Below the pieces are notes generated by a model. That model saw only the letters and a list, made by a program, of their open reading frames with translations, was not told the DNA's origin and did no database searches. Below are positions 61,658 to 64,000 of a stretch of 64,000 nucleotides of DNA, one piece after another. Within the stretch, counting starts at the first letter, position 1. Every line of letters begins with the position of its first letter. Origin of the DNA: Trueperaceae bacterium (GTDB lineage: Bacteria; Deinococcota; Deinococci; Deinococcales; Trueperaceae); contig JAXHNB010000008.1 of assembly GCA_034520945.1 (NCBI GenBank), positions 96,001 to 160,000 on the forward strand, read 5' to 3'. The position numbers and the translations under genes are program-made.

Positions 61658-62862
61658 CTGCGCCAAGGTTTGGGCGAGCTGCTGCCGCGAATATGGTGAA
61701 CTGCGCTGGCTTGTTGGTGCGTGGCCGCCGAGCCACCAGCATTCCCAAAAATCTGTTTATCGATCTTCACTCCAAACTTCGCTTCGGCCTGCTCGACCAT
61801 GGCATCAACGGTCGGGGCGTATGTGAACAGATCGAAGTCGGTCCTGGCCTGATGAAGCCACAGTCGAAACTTCCGCTCCAGTTCGAGTCTGCGTCCTTCC
61901 CGTGTACTCCACCTGTCAGCGAAGTCTTCCTCTGGGTTTACGGGGTTCGGCACGCGCGGAGGGACCGTGGCCACATGCTCCTCGATCTTGGATAGGATGT
62001 TCGCCATCGCTTGGTGCAGGTTCGCCTCGCCTGCGTACGCTCGTGCCGCCAACGTGGTGATGATGATGGAGGCCGGCTGTGTGTCCGAGTTGCGCTCGAA
62101 CATGACGTCTCGGTGCCGCTTTAGGATCTGAACGACGCGCTGGAGCGGCGTCTTCCACAGGTGGGTGGGAAGCTTGTCCACGCTTTTCACCTGTTCTCTC
62201 AGCGCCTTCCACTGGAGGTACGTTTCGGCCTGTCGCATGCGCGCCTCGAACCACCGCGCGTAACCTTCCGGGTTGCTTGTGAACCAATCATCACAAACTG
62301 AGTGGTAGTGGGGGTGCCGGTCGTCGGTAATCACGACAGTCAGACGCGCCACGTCCTGAGCGAGTGGCTCGGGCGCGCCAGCCGTCACCATCAAGTTCTG
62401 GAGGTGGGATCGTACGGGTTGGGCTTGCGGAATGGCGGGCACGACGTCCATGTGAAACGCCAGGTCGTCCTGGTAGATCAGCCGCCAGCAGCGGTGCTTC
62501 TCTTTGAGTTGCTCGCTGATCCTCCGCTCGCGCCGGTAGGCGTCCAGGTCGGCGCCGACCATCTCCTTCACTTGTTCTTGGGTCCAGCTGCTATGGTCAA
62601 TGTCGCCGTGGAGTACGCAGGTGAGGTCAAGGTCGTAGTCATCGCGCTTCCAGGGTCGCGTCACTGTTCCAAGCCGAAACGAGCCCTGCGGGGAAACGTC
62701 AGGATGGTAGCGAGAGCTGGTAGAGCGTATTGGCTCCTGTAGCCACGTGCCGAGATCTCGGTAGCGGGAGGAGGCGCTCTCGTATGCGGTGTTCGGAATG
62801 TCCAGTAAGTCGGCCAAGGCATCGAGCGGGGTCCTGGGCATGGAAAATTCACCTGCGCTCAC
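61654..62862 (-). CDS. CD-NTase (cGAS/DncV-like, SMODS) cyclic nucleotide synthase
   Basis: QGSFRLGT, DYDLD, HRCWRL.Y, FHMDVVPAI, SNPEGY..WF, LKRHRD, NPVNPEEDFADRW; AAGGAGG RBS before GTG. Confidence 0.92.
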   Translation of the reverse strand: MSAGEFSMPRTPLDALADLLDIPNTAYESASSRYRDLGTWLQEPIRSTSSRYHPDVSPQGSFRLGTVTRPWKRDDYDLDLTCVLHGDIDHSSWTQEQVKEMVGADLDAYRRERRISEQLKEKHRCWRLIYQDDLAFHMDVVPAIPQAQPVRSHLQNLMVTAGAPEPLAQDVARLTVVITDDRHPHYHSVCDDWFTSNPEGYARWFEARMRQAETYLQWKALREQVKSVDKLPTHLWKTPLQRVVQILKRHRDVMFERNSDTQPASIIITTLAARAYAGEANLHQAMANILSKIEEHVATVPPRVPNPVNPEEDFADRWSTREGRRLELERKFRLWLHQARTDFDLFTYAPTVDAMVEQAEAKFGVKIDKQIFGNAGGSAATHQQASAVHHIRGSSSPKPWRR

Positions 62863-63092
62863 TTGGCACCTCCTTCGGGAAGGGCATCGGAAGTACGGCG
62901 GGTGCGCATTTGAAGTGGCGCCCACAAGAAGGCAAGGGACTTGCTTTCGATATGCTCAGGGGATCGTATGTCACTCTCATTCGCTCCTCGGTACGGCCTT
63001 CGCTTGCGCGAGCACTGTTTCGTGCATGAGGGGTCTGGCCAGCGGCCCCACGGCAGCAAGCGACGCCAAGGCTTCGCGCGTAGCGTCCTCAC
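62859..63092 (-). other. 77-aa ORF overlapping both neighbouring genes by GTGA
   Basis: GGAGG RBS inside the patatin 3' end; its start overlaps the patatin stop and its stop overlaps the CD-NTase start; no recognisable domain. Confidence 0.35.
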
Positions 63093-64000
63093 GCTGGTAC
63101 CTCCCCGTTACGCGGGTAGATTGGCTCATACGATTCAGCCTTGTGTTTGAAGAGGTCGGCGGCTTCTCGCATTAGCGGCCTACTTTCCAAGCGCCCACGC
63201 GCGATCAATTTCTTCGTCGACACGCTGTCGAGCTCGAACTCGTTGTCCCGAACAACAGGGTCTAAGCGCAGGATGGCGCCCGTTGGCAGGAGGTGGCGCG
63301 CAATCTCGGTCGCGCTCTGACTTTGCGCCTTCATGATTAGGTCGGTGGCGTGTCCAGCCCACCTGAGACGCCCTCCAGCATCAAGGGAACTCGGCCGATG
63401 TCCCACGGGTGTCGTTGTCCCAACGGTGAGAATCCGTATGCGGTCGAGGGGCGCACCACAGAATGCAACCGCTTCGGCGAGTCCCACTAGAATCGGGTTG
63501 TTGGCCCACAGTCCTCCGTCCACGTGGCGTATGCCGTCCACGTGGGTGCTAGCAGGGAAGTAAGTGGGGGCTGCGCTCGTGGCAAGGCCTACCTGCCACA
63601 TCGGAACGTGCCAATCGCGGCGGAGGGTGGGGTGGTGTGGAGTCTTAAAGAGGTAGACCTGGTCGTTGTCGAGGTTGAATGCCGGTACTACGAGGCGCTT
63701 GTCGCTGTCACCCAGGAGGGCGTTGCCAAGCGCAATTCCTAGCGCCCTTCGGAGGTTGCCTTGATCGTACTTCGCTCGAAGGCAATGACGAACGGTCTTC
63801 GTTCGACGCCCACCGTTCTCGAAGATTCTCGGTCCCTCCTCGACAAAGAAGTCCACAAGCTCACGAGGTCGCATACCGTTGCCCAAGGCGAGCGCGATGA
63901 TTCCGCCGGTCGACGTGCCCGCAATCAGGTCGAAATGGTCCGTGAGCCGAGTCTGAACGTCCTCTTCGAGCGCGGCAAGAACCGCAGCCGAGAAGAGCCC
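63089..64000 (-). CDS. capV: Patatin-like phospholipase, CBASS CapV-type effector (5' end outside the window)
   Basis: FDLIAGTSTGGIIA (GxSxG), ATSAAPTYF, DGGLWANNP. Confidence 0.9.
   Translation of the reverse strand, partial: GLFSAAVLAALEEDVQTRLTDHFDLIAGTSTGGIIALALGNGMRPRELVDFFVEEGPRIFENGGRRTKTVRHCLRAKYDQGNLRRALGIALGNALLGDSDKRLVVPAFNLDNDQVYLFKTPHHPTLRRDWHVPMWQVGLATSAAPTYFPASTHVDGIRHVDGGLWANNPILVGLAEAVAFCGAPLDRIRILTVGTTTPVGHRPSSLDAGGRLRWAGHATDLIMKAQSQSATEIARHLLPTGAILRLDPVVRDNEFELDSVSTKKLIARGRLESRPLMREAADLFKHKAESYEPIYPRNGEVPA

Overview
High-GC (roughly 70% by eye) bacterial accessory region. It is probably from a Deinococcota (Trueperaceae-like) genome; this is inferred from recurring leaderless TANNNT-N6-start promoters and signal peptides ending A|Q. 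The left half holds scattered metabolic and regulatory genes, including a Rieske-TPP enzyme/DHFR operon, a MerR redox operon, fetAB and a secreted C69 peptidase. Across the window are about 15 intact or decayed toxin-antitoxin loci, two Fic genes and many internally collapsed pseudogenes. One compact GlcNAc-utilisation operon carries a GH84 O-GlcNAcase with a coupled GNAT. The right half is a defence island containing an ABC-ATPase + PD-(D/E)XK pair (with a partial second copy), an IS256 inside higA, an AbiE remnant, a multi-reader McrBC, and a MazG + truncated DUF2075-like gene. It ends in a lower-GC CBASS operon (patatin, small doubly coupled ORF, CD-NTase, E2-like/SEC-C protein) that runs off the window. 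All family assignments come from recognising motifs by eye; no database search was run.
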